Made by a program: the position numbers and the translations under genes
NCBI GenBank assembly: GCA_013265495.1
Contig: MU057629.1
Location: forward strand, 16,867 to 62,271
Direction of reading: 5' to 3'
Length of the DNA stretch: 45,405 nt
Origin: Vicugna vicugna
Taxonomy: Eukaryota
Shown here: piece after piece, positions 23,985 to 35,642 of the stretch
Numbering within the stretch: position 1 is the stretch's first letter
Layout of the letters: every line of letters starts with the position of its first letter
The notes under the pieces: generated by a model
The model's database searches: none
Seen by the model: only the letters and a program-made list of their open reading frames with translations
What the model was told of the DNA's origin: nothing

Positions 23985-24275
23985 GAAGATAAAATCCCCA
24001 CCTTTCTCCAGCCTCTGAGATGCTGTCCATCCAGCCCTGCCTTGTCCAGCTCATCCTCTCCCTCCCTCTCCTGCGCCTCTGCTCCAGGCACCCTGCCTCC
24101 CTCTAGTTCCTTGAAAACACGGCATTTTCCTCCCCACCCGGGACCTTTGCATGGGCTGCTCCCTCTGCCCCCCCGCCCCTCCCTGCCCCGGGGAGAGCCC
24201 GTGAGGGCAGGGGTCACAGTGTCCTTTGTTCAATGCTGGGTGCCCACTGCCCAGAGCAGGGTGCAGTAGTGCTCT
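23985..24275 (+). mobile_element. L2 LINE 3' fragment
   Basis: 'ctctgctccaggcaccctgcctccctctagttccttgaaaacacggc...ggacctttgcatgggctgct...ccgtgagggcaggggtcacagtgtcctttgttca'. Confidence 0.7.
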
Positions 24276-25039
24276 GAGGGCTTTTGTCTAGTGGGCAGAT
24301 GGACGAACGGGGCCAGTCCTGTGGGCATCCCACCCAGAGAGTGATCTTCTGCCTCAGCTGAGCCTGGGGAAACAGGAAGGGTGGCGTGCTTGGTGCCCCT
24401 GGAATGCGGGCCCACTGAGGGCTCTGGGCCCCTGCTTTCCTTCCTTCTCAGTGCTGCCAAGAAAGCGCAGAAGAGGGCTGTCCTTACCCGAGGCCAGACC
24501 GGATCTTGAAGACCTTCTGCCTCTTAAGTGTATGTCACTGGCCTTCTCTGGGCCTCAGTTTCCCTACGTGAGAAATAAGAGGCCCATTCACTCCCTCAAG
24601 AAGTGTTTGAATTACTACCGTGTGCTCGGCATTGGAAACCTGGTAGGAAACGGGTCAGCCCAGCTCCTGACATCACTCTAGGGGCTCAGGGAATGGCCAG
24701 TCCCTGGAGGTGGAGCGGGCAACGGGGATTTGTTTGCATGTGATCCCTTGGGGAGGGCTCCATGGAGGGCGGGGAGGGAAGCAGGAGAGGAGCTGAAAGG
24801 CAGGTGGGTTCTGCGGGCTGGCCTGGGCCCAGGAGCCTGAAGGGCCAGGAGCTGCCCAACCCAAGGGCGGGGCTGGGTTTTTGTGCCCTTAGCAGTCAGT
24901 TCCTGCCAAGCCTGAGGTGCTGCCTTTCAGCCAGTTCAGGCCCAGCTGGCTCCTATTGGCCCAGAATGGTGCTCAGAGAAGGGGCAGCTGGGAACCTTGA
25001 ACAACTGACACAGCAGCTGGGTTCCCGGTGGGACATGAG

Positions 25040-25305
25040 TCATACCCACCGCAACAGCAGTGACAATACAGCTTGATCCCTGAGTGAGAGGAACACAGGG
25101 TGCCATGCAGCAAAACAATGGACGCCCTGTGGGGGGACCAAGGTGGGTCCTCCAAGGAAGTAGTATTTCCTCTGAGATCTGGAGGGGGAGTAGGTGTTTG
25201 CCAGATATGTGGGGAGGAGCTTCCCAGAGAGAGGACAGCATGCAAAGGCCCTGGAGTCAGAGAGCACGTGAGGTAGCAGAAGGAGGCAGCCTGGCTGGGG
25301 AGGGG
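25040..25305 (-). mobile_element. L2 LINE fragment
   Basis: 'ggggaggagcttcccagagagaggacagcatgcaaaggccctggagtcagagagcacgtg'. Confidence 0.65.
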
Positions 25306-25440
25306 AAGACCCCACAGGGCCCGTGAACCCCACCCAGGGTCTGTAAACCCCACACAGGGCTCGTGGACCCCAACCAGGGCCTGTGGACCCCTCGCAGGGC
25401 CTGTGGACCCCACATAGAACTTGTGGACCCCACGCAGGCC
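25306..25440. repeat. 20-bp minisatellite, about 6.5 copies (consensus CTGTGGACCCCACNCAGGGC)
   Basis: Units start at 25321, 25341, 25361, 25381, 25401 and 25421 in exact 20-nt register. Confidence 0.9.
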
Positions 25441-26221
25441 CGGTTTACTTTCCTGGCATTCAGCTCCCTCAGGCCTCCGTTGCAGCCTCACTGCATCAAC
25501 CTCCTGGCACGTCAGCCTCTCCACAGCAGGAACTCTTGCCCAGAACAGTAATTGCCTGGCTCCCAGCAGGTGCCTCCAAAGATACAAAAGAACCGTGGGA
25601 AGTAAGAGGTCAGTAGAGTTGTTTTTGACCTGTCCTTGGGGGGACCTGGGGCCTTGCCTTGGGGTTGAGTGGGACTCCTTGGGGTCCAGGAGGCCTCCTC
25701 TGTCAGTCCATGCTGCGAGGTGCTGGGGAGGGGGCTGCAGGGGCAAACCCCAGCCTTGTGTCAGAGAGCCACTGCCTGGAGGCCGCTGCAGTTCTCTGTG
25801 TTATGGTCTCCTTCTCAGGTGAACATTTTGAGCTGCACAAAGTAAAACACATATGGTTGCAAGGGAAATCCAACTTCATGAAAAGCAGTTAATCAAAATA
25901 CAGACAAATAAGTTTGTGGGGTATTCATAACCATGTTTCCTCATTGATCACTGATGCCAGCTTCCTGGTGGTGAGCAGTTCCCAGAAAGCTGTGGGCAAA
26001 GAACCACCCCCCACCACCACTCCGCAGGCTGCAGAATCACCTCCATCCATAAAGGAGGAGATCAGTAAACGTCCACTTGTGGTGACGAGCATGGAGCTAT
26101 AAATATTCCTCCTGCAAGTGCACATGCTCCTGGGTTTCACCCATGAGCCCTTGCAGGTGTGTGGGCCCAGGTCCTGGCCCTCCAGGTCCAGTGGTTTGAA
26201 GACAGGCTTGCTGCTATGAGG

Positions 26222-26425
26222 CAGGGCAGATGAACTTTGTCTGCAGAGGCCTGATAGTAAATGTTGCAGACACATGAGGTCTCTGTGTGGCTCTGTTTTA
26301 GTATGAAATCAAACCCTGTAGTTATTAGTTACCGTGTTCAAATGAAACCTCATTTATGGACACTGACATCTGAACTTCACGTATTTCTCACATGGCACAA
26401 AATGTTACTCTTCCTTTGACTTTCT
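26222..26425 (+). mobile_element. MER58-like hAT-Charlie DNA transposon relic
   Basis: Starts 'cagggcagatgaactttgtctgcagaggcctgatagtaaatgtt'; internal 'tgaacttcacgtatttctcacatggcacaaaatgttactcttcctttga'. Confidence 0.6.
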
Positions 26426-28599
26426 CCTCCAGGCATGGGAGGGCTCAGTGACAAGTAACTCAAAAGTGTGGTTAGAACTTTGCTTCTCAGCAGCACTCTC
26501 CTGATGAGGAAACTGGGGTTCAAGGAAAAGAGGGAAGGACAGATCTCACTGCTCGAGTCTCTGCACCTCATTCTCAATGCCCCCTTTCTCTCCTCCGCCT
26601 GCCCCTGCCTGCTCTAGTGCAACGCTGTGACATTTTAAATCTCTAAAATTTGTTTTGAGCCCCAATACATTTCTCCACCCACTGCCACCACCTGGCCCAG
26701 GCCACTGCCATCTTCTCTCTGGGCCCCATGCCCTCCTCATCCTGGTCCTCCTGAGGAAATCTTCAGAGTCCCCTGGGCTTTGGATCTGGGTGGCCTGGGC
26801 TCCCTGACCCTGATGGGTCCACTGGGGCACTGCATGGAGGCTGCTCCAGCAGGCAGAGGGTTTGGCGGGCCCAAAAGGAGCAAACCAGTGGCCGGGATCC
26901 TGGTTCCGTCCTTCCTGAGTGACTCTGCCAGCTGCAGCCCCTCCTGATGCCGTGTTTGGCTGGGCTACGCAGGTGCGCATGCTGAAATTCTCATCCCTTT
27001 CCTTCCCGGATTATTGCTCCGATCAGTGCTTAGTGGCTGTCCTTACTCCCTAGTGGAGCTAAGCACCGAAGGTGGGCTGGAGCTCTGAGACCACAGTTCT
27101 GGGCCAGGGCAGGGCCCCAGGCCTGGCTCTGGAGCAGTGCAGCTTCACAGGTTGTGTACTGCACAACCTCAAGATGCCATTCACAACCTACTCCACCATG
27201 AACAGCAGTGGCAAACTCTGAGGCCTCTCGCCTCTCCTTACTGCCTCAGGGCTCCAGAAAGGAGCTGCTTGCTCGTGGGCTCAGTGGGCACAGGTGAAAC
27301 ATGCAATGAGCAGTGGTGGCCCATGGGCAGGAGCTGCTTCTGAGACCCAGCAACTCTTTTTGTGGACCCAAAGACTCACTGGAAAATTGTTGAAAGGGGG
27401 TCACAGCCTCATAGTAACACACACAAAACCCACACATACATGTGCACATACACACAACAATGCGCACACACACAGCAATGCACGTGGTATTACACAGCGG
27501 TACAAAAGAACAGACCCTGAAGCTGCAGCCACACGAAGGGAGTCACGGGTGGGAACAAGTTCAGGTTCTAGACCAGATGTCAACTGTGATGACAGAAATC
27601 AGGACAGGGGAGCAAGTGGCCAGTAACTGTGTGTTAGGGGTACAACTTGGTGGATTTGGGTTCAGAGAACAGGCAACACCTGGATCTGGAGGAAGGGCCT
27701 GACAGGGCAAGGTTTTGGGTATCCTGTGCAGCAAAGAGTGGGTTTCACAGCTGAATTAGGAGGTGAAGGACTTGCCCAAGGCCACATTGTCTTTCCTTCT
27801 AGCCTTTGAGGGACAGGCAGAGAGAGGAGAGGAGGTCAGCGGGCTGGAGACAGGAGGGGTGAACTGGGAAGGGCCTGGCCTGTGCTGGAGCACTCAGTGA
27901 GCTGAGAGGGGCCCAGGTATGGTGGCGGACAAGGTCATGTGACATTCAAGGCCCTCAGTGTTCAGAGATGCTGACAACGCCACATGCATGGGCTCTGGCC
28001 CTCCCAGGAATCCCTTAGCATCAACAGCCTCCCCAACTCCCAACTCAGCCCCTCGGAAGCAGCCCCCACTTTCCCTGCCCTCTTAGAAGAACAGCTGGGC
28101 TCATCCACTGGGACCAGACCAGCAGGCAGTTAAATGTGCATTAATGACCTCTGCTAAACAGCCTTGTTTGTGGGGGTCAGTGAGCCCAGCTCCTCCCAAG
28201 GAGGCCCCTGGATTCCTGCCCTGGGACAAGTGCCCCAAGTGACCGTGAGGCCCCAGCCTGTGGAGTTCCAGCCACAGGGGCTCTGCTAAGCCAGGTCATT
28301 TCTTGGACTTCCTACTGAACCTCAGAGAGAGTGTCCCTCCCAGCCAGGTGGCCCCCATGGAGCACCAGGGAAGTCCAGGCAGCTGTGACCTCTCCCAGCA
28401 CCTGCTCAAAGGCAGGGACAGTGTGGCATGGCTTCTTTCATTAAGCAGTTGGGCACTTTCTCTGTGCCTGGCCCACAGTGATAAACATCACAGATGCTAC
28501 CAACCAGGTTGGTGCCAGAGAACAAGGTCAGCCCTTGGTGGGGGGACCCAGAGAGTGACAATGGGCTCTGAAGAGTGACTCTCCCTAATTCTGTGCCCT

Positions 28600-28740
28600 G
28601 GCCCAGGGAGCTAACTGCTTTGTGCCTCCATTTTCTCCTCTGTAAAATGGGGCTATAATCACAAAGCCATGTGTGAGGATTAAATGAGTAAGAAGTGGGC
28701 AACAGATGGGGGATGATGTGCCAGGTACGTGTGAGCTCTC
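28600..28740 (+). mobile_element. MIR SINE
   Basis: 'ctttgtgcctccattttctcctctgtaaaatggggctataatcaca...tgtgaggattaaatgag'. Confidence 0.85.
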
Positions 28741-29289
28741 CTCTTGCATCACGGTTATCTGGGGACGAGCACTGAGGGAGGCAGCCCTGGGCTGGCATTC
28801 CATGGGCTGGGGGAATAGAAGGAGGGCCTGGGTAGCTGGACCAGTTAGGTCCAGGGACAGAGTCCGAATGGGAAGAGGAATGGGTTGGGGTCTGGTCTGC
28901 TGACTCCAGGAATGCTGGGAGCTAAAAAAAAAAAATCCCCCCTCAAAACGCCATGGAATGGTTGACTTCCTGAGAGGACCATTCTGGCTTCCCTGTAGGA
29001 AGTGGCACAGTGCAGCCAGGGTTGGGGCTGAGGAGAGGGGTCACTCAGTCCAGGCAGCTTGGTGGGAGGTTGGGCCAGGATTATGAGGCTGCGTGTGCAG
29101 CCTGGCTGAGGGGCCCCAGGGAACACTGAGAAGTCCTGCTGACACTGCTGATTCTGGGAGGAGCCACCAGGTGGGCCAGGTGGACTGGGAGGACCAGCGG
29201 AGGACCAGACTTGGGCCAGAGAGATGACATCCCTGGGTATGTTAAGATGCCAGCAAAGGCACTGCTGTGTGTTAGGATGTCCGTTCTTG

Positions 29290-29690
29290 CATAGTTGAAC
29301 ATGCATTTACTGTTAGATCAGCCATTCCACTCCTGTGTGCCACTCGAGAAAAATGAGAACTGACTTTCACACAAACACCCCTACGTGCATGTTTATTGCC
29401 GGAGGAGGCTCGGATGAACACCCCCTGGTAGGGGTGACCAGACTGTGGCTGTTCCCGTGACAGTGTCCTCCGAATGATGAGAAGGAATGGATGGGGCAGG
29501 TGGTATGGGATGGCATCCCAAAGGCATGGCCTTCTGGAGAAGCTGAAGCTGTAGGGCAGGAGGGTAATGAGAATGCCCTGTGTCCTTGCTATAATGATGC
29601 TCACATAGATACGTGCATTTTGTCAAGACTCAGGATGCCACACAACGAAGGATGAATGTGAGTTAATTATACCTTAATTTTTTTTTTTAA
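29290..29690 (+). mobile_element. Old L1 (L1ME/MC-like) 3' fragment
   Basis: 'gatcagccattccactcctg...ttcacacaaacacccctacgtgcatgtttattgc...atacgtgcattttgtcaagactca'. Confidence 0.6.
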
Positions 29691-30474
29691 AAGGAGGAAG
29701 AAAAAACAGATGCCAACAAAATTTGTATGAAGAGACGTCTATATGTCCTGGTTTCAGAGGAGAGGTCAGGTCTGAAGGTTGAGACCGAAGAGTCCCTGGG
29801 GTGTGGACGAGAAGTCAGGAGGCTCTAGTATGGAGGGGTGTTGAGAAGGGACTGGGCACCTGGTGACACCCCAAGTTAGGAGAGGTGGCACTGCCTGGGT
29901 TTCTTCCCTCAGCCCCAATGTGATGCTTCAGGGGCAACATGGGTTCCAGGGGCCCTAGGCAGACCTGGGACCCTCCAGGGCATCTTGGCTTCTGGGAAGA
30001 GAGGCTGAGGGGCTGGGCTTCCCTCCAGCTCCTCCCCCAGGGCCCCCTGGGACACTCTGATAGGGACTGAAAGCCGAGGGTGACCATGTATTTATTGCTC
30101 AGGCCAGGACTCTTTTGCAATGGGAAGGAGAGAGGATTAACAGTAACCTCACGAGGAACATGGGGTAAAGCGAAACAATCCTGGGCAGATCAGCTGGATC
30201 CCATGCAGAGGCTGGCCAGGCAAGGTGGGGCCTCCTTAGCCTCAACCCTCCTCCCTCCACCCCCATCCCTGGTGCATGGGCCAGCCACACTCACAGGGTC
30301 CTGGACCTGAGCAGGAAGGCAGCATGGGGCCAAAGCCCTGGTCCAGCCTCAGTGGTCTGTCTTTGCAGCGGGATGCTGGTGGTAGACAGTTCAGGGGCCT
30401 CCTTGGACTTGAGGGTCAAAATGAACGTGACTTTTAGGTGCCATCACGTATAGGGCACAGCTGGGCGAGGCGCT

Positions 30475-31030
30475 CACACACAGACCTCTGCACAGTGTCT
30501 CACACTCATCACTGAATATGGCAGACACACACACACACACTGACATCAGTAAACACAACACACGTTTCCTCATAAACACGTTTAACAAAGTGATATGTGA
30601 ACAGAGACAGCCGGAGAGTCACATATACATTATGCACAAAAGACAGACATACGCAAAAAGAGGCTGGCAGGCAGATTATATGTGTGTGTGTTAATGTACA
30701 CACTCAGATACACAGAGAGAAAATACAGGTAGACAGACAGAAAGACAGCAGAACAGACACATGGAAAAATTGACAGAGTGAAAGTGATTTGACAGACAAA
30801 GAGATAAAATCAGGAAGACGGACACATTAACAGATACACTAAAAAAGAGCCAACCAGCCAGCCAGATGGACAACACTTGGATAAAGACAGGCAAGAATAT
30901 GACAGACACATGTGGACCAACAGACAAGTGAGGCAGACACGCAAACATGCACCTGCACGCGGAGTCGTACAGACAGACAGACACCGAGAGAGATGCGCAG
31001 CCCGCGGGACAGAGACGGACAGACAGCGTT
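30475..31030. repeat. Low-complexity (CA)/(GACA)/(GA)-rich tract
   Basis: Repeated acacac, gacagaca and gagaga motifs. Confidence 0.75.
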
Positions 31031-32254
31031 TTCTCTGCCTTTGAGCCTCGGCAGGTGAGCTCTCGGCGGGCAGATGGCATGGAAGCCGCTCCCACAAAAG
31101 GAGCTGATACGTGCTCACTGTCCATTGTGAACCTTACATTCTGGGTGAAATGTTGCAGTTTTGATGAAAGAGTATTCATCAAGAGTTTCATATTTTCACT
31201 TTATTTTTGCTTGTTTTGTGTTTAAGAGGAAATGCTTATAAAAATTCTACCCCGAAGGCTTTTCCCTGGACCACATCTCCTTGGGGATTCCCCCTGGAGC
31301 CCGCAGAGGGCAGGAAGATGTTTGTCTCTAGACCGGGTAGCTTGGTCTGCGGGCGGTGGAGAAGGACTCAAGGCGCTCTCGTGCCTCAGTTCCTGTGCAT
31401 TTCGTTCAGTAACAAAACCCCAGGATCTGCATGGGTCCATCCACCCTTAATGAGCCTGCCAAGTCCTCAGTGTTTATAGCGCTCAGAATTTCTGACCTTT
31501 CTCAGCAATGAGGTATCAGAGCTGCCACTCAAACCACGGGGAAAACAGCAGAAATCCACTCAAGCTAACTTTACAGATGGTCCTGTGGGGTTATATTGGA
31601 TAGTATAAATAACAATGTAGAATGAATATCTTACTGAGATTACCACCTGTAAGCTTATCCTTTTTCCTTTGTATTGCATTATTTATTAAATTCTGCATTC
31701 ACAGAAATACATTTGCTGTTCAAAAAGAAGGACTTTTGGAAGATAAGTAATCAAAGTGTATGTAAACTAGTTACAACAATGGACAGTGCCCAGTAACGTG
31801 GCCTCTTCATCCAGCTGCTGGCAACAATCTGACATGTGTTCGTCAGTATTTGCAGGCAGAAAACCCCATCATCTCAAATGTAATTTGAGACTATTTAAAT
31901 ATATCCTTACATTTTACAACTTTGGGTTAAGATAGACTGACCCCTGTGCATGAGCTCAAACAAGTTTCTCTTTAAACAGGGAAAATACAACAGAAGTATT
32001 CCCAGTGAAATTAGCTTAGGGGCAATAAAGTCTGTTTCCACTGATGTCATTTGCTGTTGTGCTGGAATCTTGATGGACATGGTGCATCAGGAAGAAACAG
32101 GACTCAAGCCAGAACCACGTGAAGATGTGTGGTCTTTAGGGTGAAAGGAAGCCCCCTGGCGAGCTCTCAATGGTCCTCCTGTCCCAGAGCCAGCCACACT
32201 TGTATTCTCCACGGGTTTCCAGTTTCTGAGCCACCAGTCAGTGCAAACACACTC

Positions 32255-33055
32255 TAGGTACATCTTTATATCTAGCTTTCTGCCCAGAGTTGTGTCTATG
32301 AAATGCACCCATGTTGTATCTTGTAGTGATAGTTCCTTTTGCCGTTGCACTACCGTTGTGTGTATCAGAGCATACGCATCTGCTCTATGACTGATGTGAC
32401 ATTTCTCACTTCTGACTGACTGATTTTCCTAGCTGTTGCCTACTTGCATGTCTTTTCGTGGACATGAGCAATAATCTATGTCAGGCAGTGTTGGTGGCGG
32501 GTAGTTGTGCGTTCAGCTGCATGGATATTGCCAAACAGTATTCCAGAGTTGTGCTAATTTACACTCCCATCAGCAACTCTTGTCTTCCCAGTTTTAAAAA
32601 TATTTTTATTTAGTCTTTTTAATTTTAGCCATTCTGATGTGTGTGCTGTGTATGACATTCATCTTGATTTGCATTTCCTGAACGACAATGATGTAGAACT
32701 GGTTTTCCAAGGCCTCCTAGCCATTGGATATCTTCTTTTTCGAAAGGCCTGTTCTAACTTTGGATTGTTTTTAATTGGGCTCTGTTTTTAAAAAGCTTGG
32801 TTTGTAGCAGTTCTTTATATGCTCCGGGTATGAATCCTCCATGGGATAAATGCATGGCAAATAAATCCAGTTTTTGGCTGTCATTTTTACATAAGGTTCT
32901 TAACCTTAACAAAGCCCAATTTAACAATCTTTTACTTATGGTTATTGTATTTTTGGGGTCCCATTTGAGAAAGCTTTTCTGATACCAAATTCATAAATGC
33001 TCTAACACGAAGAAGACACACGCCTGTGTTTTCTTCTAGAAACTTTGCATTTCCA
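32255..33055 (-). mobile_element. Old L1 fragment, antisense
   Basis: 'aatttacactcccatcagcaa...aattttagccattctgatgtgtgtg...gatttgcatttcctga...gccattggatatcttc' is the reverse complement of the L1 ORF2 3' end. Confidence 0.8.
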
Positions 33056-34169
33056 CCTGTTGTCGGGGCAGGATCTTTACCTCCAAGGCCCCAGCTCTGG
33101 GTAGTCCTCTGCCTGCCCAGACCCAGAGGTGCCAGCGCAGCCAGGTGATGGCCCCGCCCTGGGGCCCTTGGCCATGGGCTCTGCGGGCCCTGAGCTCCTG
33201 TCCTTTGCTCAGTAGCCTGGAGGGCGGTGCCAGCTCCCAGTGTCCTCTGCCTCTGTCCCATCTCAGGTCTCCCAGCGTGCTTCCCAGGCCTCCAGGTTCC
33301 CTGCATTGGTCTCTGTTCGACTCACTGCTGTGGCTTCTGTTTTCCCGCTGGACAATGATGAAACCATTACAACCTGGAAAAGGTAAACTGAAGACACTGG
33401 ATGTTCCTGTTACTGTCTGGTGAATGAAAACTGGGAAGACTGACAGTACCCAGGAGTGTCAGGCTCTGTGAAAGTGTATACACTTCACACTACTTTGAGT
33501 ACAAATTAGTGTTGTCTTTTTGAGGCGCCACTTGGCGGCACGTGTTAATGTCACAATGTGTTTAGATTTGACTAGTACATTTTCCTTCATGCCACCCCTG
33601 CCTCTAGAGAAAGATTCTCACCTGAGCAGGAAGACGTTCGTTGGCATGACCATCCACACATGGTTTGAACGTAAATGATCCTAACAGGATGGGTGTCAAA
33701 CTGGCACCTCCGATGTACATCATGGGGTCAATCTATGCAAACTGAACAGGACAGCTATGCAGGACACAGGATATGAACATGTCCATCTGTGCAGAAAAGC
33801 ACTTGGTAGAACTGTGTACAATTATGGCCCTCAAATAATCTAGCGCTGCTGCATTTCAGGCAGTAACCACTTGATTTAGTGGCCATCCTGACACTTGGGG
33901 GGTGACAGGGCTCTCACGGGCGCTACTGCGCAGGCTGCTCCCCAGTCGCATGGCCCCTGCAGTGAGGCCACTGGCCAGGCCACAAGTCCAACACTGCTCG
34001 AAATCCTTGCTCATTTATTCTGCTTGTCATGGTCATGCTATGAACAAGGGTGTCCCCAGGTAGTGTGAGGTCTGGGGCTCAGGGTAAGGAGCCTGCTGGA
34101 GGCTCAGCAGCCCACACAGAGCAGCCTCCATGGACAGCTGGCTGCAGGCAGAAGTTTGCCTCCCACGCT

Positions 34170-34410
34170 GCTGCCCCTGGTCCTACTCCAGTGATTGCGT
34201 TATTTTTCAGAGCAAAGTGATTTTGCAGATGTAATTAAAGCTAAACCTTGGGAGAGATCCAGGTGGCCTAATCTAATCATGTGAGCCCTTACAAACAGAC
34301 AGCTTTCTCTGGCCAGAGGCAGAGGGCAAGTCTGGGAAGTCAGGGGCTCAGCTGAGAGCGCTGCGCTGTCAGGAGTTGAGTAACCCTTGGAAGCCACAGA
34401 CCGAAATGAA
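34170..34410 (+). mobile_element. MLT1 (MaLR) LTR fragment
   Basis: 'gattttgcagatgtaattaaag...atccaggtggcctaatctaatcatgtgagccctta' is an MLT1-type signature. Confidence 0.75.
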
Positions 34411-34891
34411 AGCTTTAAGTTTGAATCACTCACTACAGTGAACTATGCAAGAATCTAAAGCTGGAGAAGGCACCTGTTGAGAACCAGGAGTAGCAGTGCC
34501 AACGTGGAGTCCTCTCACTGCTGGGGGAGCCCTGACAAAAGGGTGTGGCAGTTCTGTGGACCCAAGAAGGAGGGTGGGTGTGAGGGGTGGGCTTGGAGTG
34601 GGAAAGTACTGGGTACCTGGTCTGAGTGGAGAGAGTACCTTCAAGGTCTTATTTGATTTCTACTAAACCAAGGTACAACAAGTATTATACTTAGCACTGG
34701 TGACTCTAAAGACATGTCTATATTAATCAAAACAATAAGCTGACATCAAACCAACCCTGGCATTGAAGGACAAATATTTCAGTCTATTAAAAGATTTTCA
34801 ATCAAAAGGGGAAATGATGGAAAAATCTTCATATTGAGGTATGGGAAATCTTACATGTGGTTCTGGCTTATACATGGTTAAACTTGTTCTG

Positions 34892-35015
34892 TGATCAGAG
34901 AAAACTTGTTCTGTGGCCTATTGATGATGCACTGAACACTTGCTTTGGCCGCTGATCAGAGAAACTTGTTCTGTGGCCTATTGATGATGCGCTGAACACT
35001 TGCTTTGGCCGCTGA
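34892..35015. repeat. Tandem duplication of a 60/61-bp unit
   Basis: 'tgatcagagaaa(a)cttgttctgtggcctattgatgatgc(a/g)ctgaacacttgctttggccgc' starts at 34892 and 34953, with one substitution and one indel. Confidence 0.95.
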
Positions 35016-35642
35016 GGAGAGGAAAGCATTTAGAATTAAAAACAGAAGACCTCATCACCCACACAGAGGCCTTAACAAACTTTGCCCAGAAAGCCTAAAG
35101 ATGGTAGTAAACAGGCTATTGGTCTACCAAACTCAGGAGTTTCTAAGAGGGGTAAAAGTGGTCCTACAGAACTATGTGGCTCTTGATAGTTTCACAGCCT
35201 CTCACAGAGGAACTTATGCTGTAATATGTACCGAATGCTGTTTTATACCTCATCGATGGTCTCCTAACGACTCACCTCATGACACATACGAAAAATCAGA
35301 TCTCCTCTCTGAATGATCCCCTTCCTAGTTTAGGTTTAGGGGAAATATTGGAAAAACGGTTTGATTTAGGGGGCTCTTGGCTCAAGCCTCTGCTGCTGAT
35401 GTTGTGAAGTTGCTGTGAATTGTTTCTCCCTCTTTGCCTCACCTGCCAGAATAACTCTGTGCAAGTGAGGTTCAGACGCTGCTGTGGTGACACCAAAGCT
35501 CATCTCACTCTAGCAGCAAGAGAGTTTCACTCCTGTGACTGGGGAGACCCCAGTGCCCAGCCTTCAAAGAAAACAGAGAAGACTGACCATCAGCCCTGCA
35601 CCCCTCAAGACTGAGGAGTGAAATATCTCAAGAGGGGAGTTT
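35016..35642 (+). mobile_element. Truncated class I ERV internal region: degraded env transmembrane subunit and polypurine tract
   Basis: 35158-35250 reads VVLQNYVALDSFTASHRGTYAVICTECCFIP, matching the gamma-type ISD (LQNR.ALD.L) plus CX6CC with the first Cys changed to Tyr. A hydrophobic stretch follows at about 35380-35450, and PPT 'aagaggggag' at 35630-35639 abuts the LTR. Confidence 0.85.

Noticed and set aside
25306..25440. CRISPR-like array
   Set aside because: Contiguous 20-bp units with no unique spacers, in mammalian DNA; a minisatellite.
24973..25746. 257-aa minus-strand ORF
   Set aside because: Runs through an L2 relic and the 20-bp minisatellite; no homology recognised.
27147..27170. 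Hairpin ggttgtg-tactg-cacaacc as a miRNA or terminator
   Set aside because: Stem too short; more likely a fragment of an old palindromic DNA transposon.
31578..32144. Protein kinase subdomain IX-like words (WSCGVIL, DVWSLG)
   Set aside because: Isolated short matches with no HRD, DFG or APE motifs nearby; probably coincidental.
34915..35020. C/D-box snoRNA-like pattern (TGATGA...CTGA...TGATGA...CTGA)
   Set aside because: The C-D'-C'-D layout is a by-product of the 60-bp tandem duplication; no convincing terminal stem or host intron.
35005..35316. Syncytin-like domesticated env
   Set aside because: Only a 103-codon fragment, with no SU or signal peptide, a mutated CX6CC and stops before the membrane anchor.
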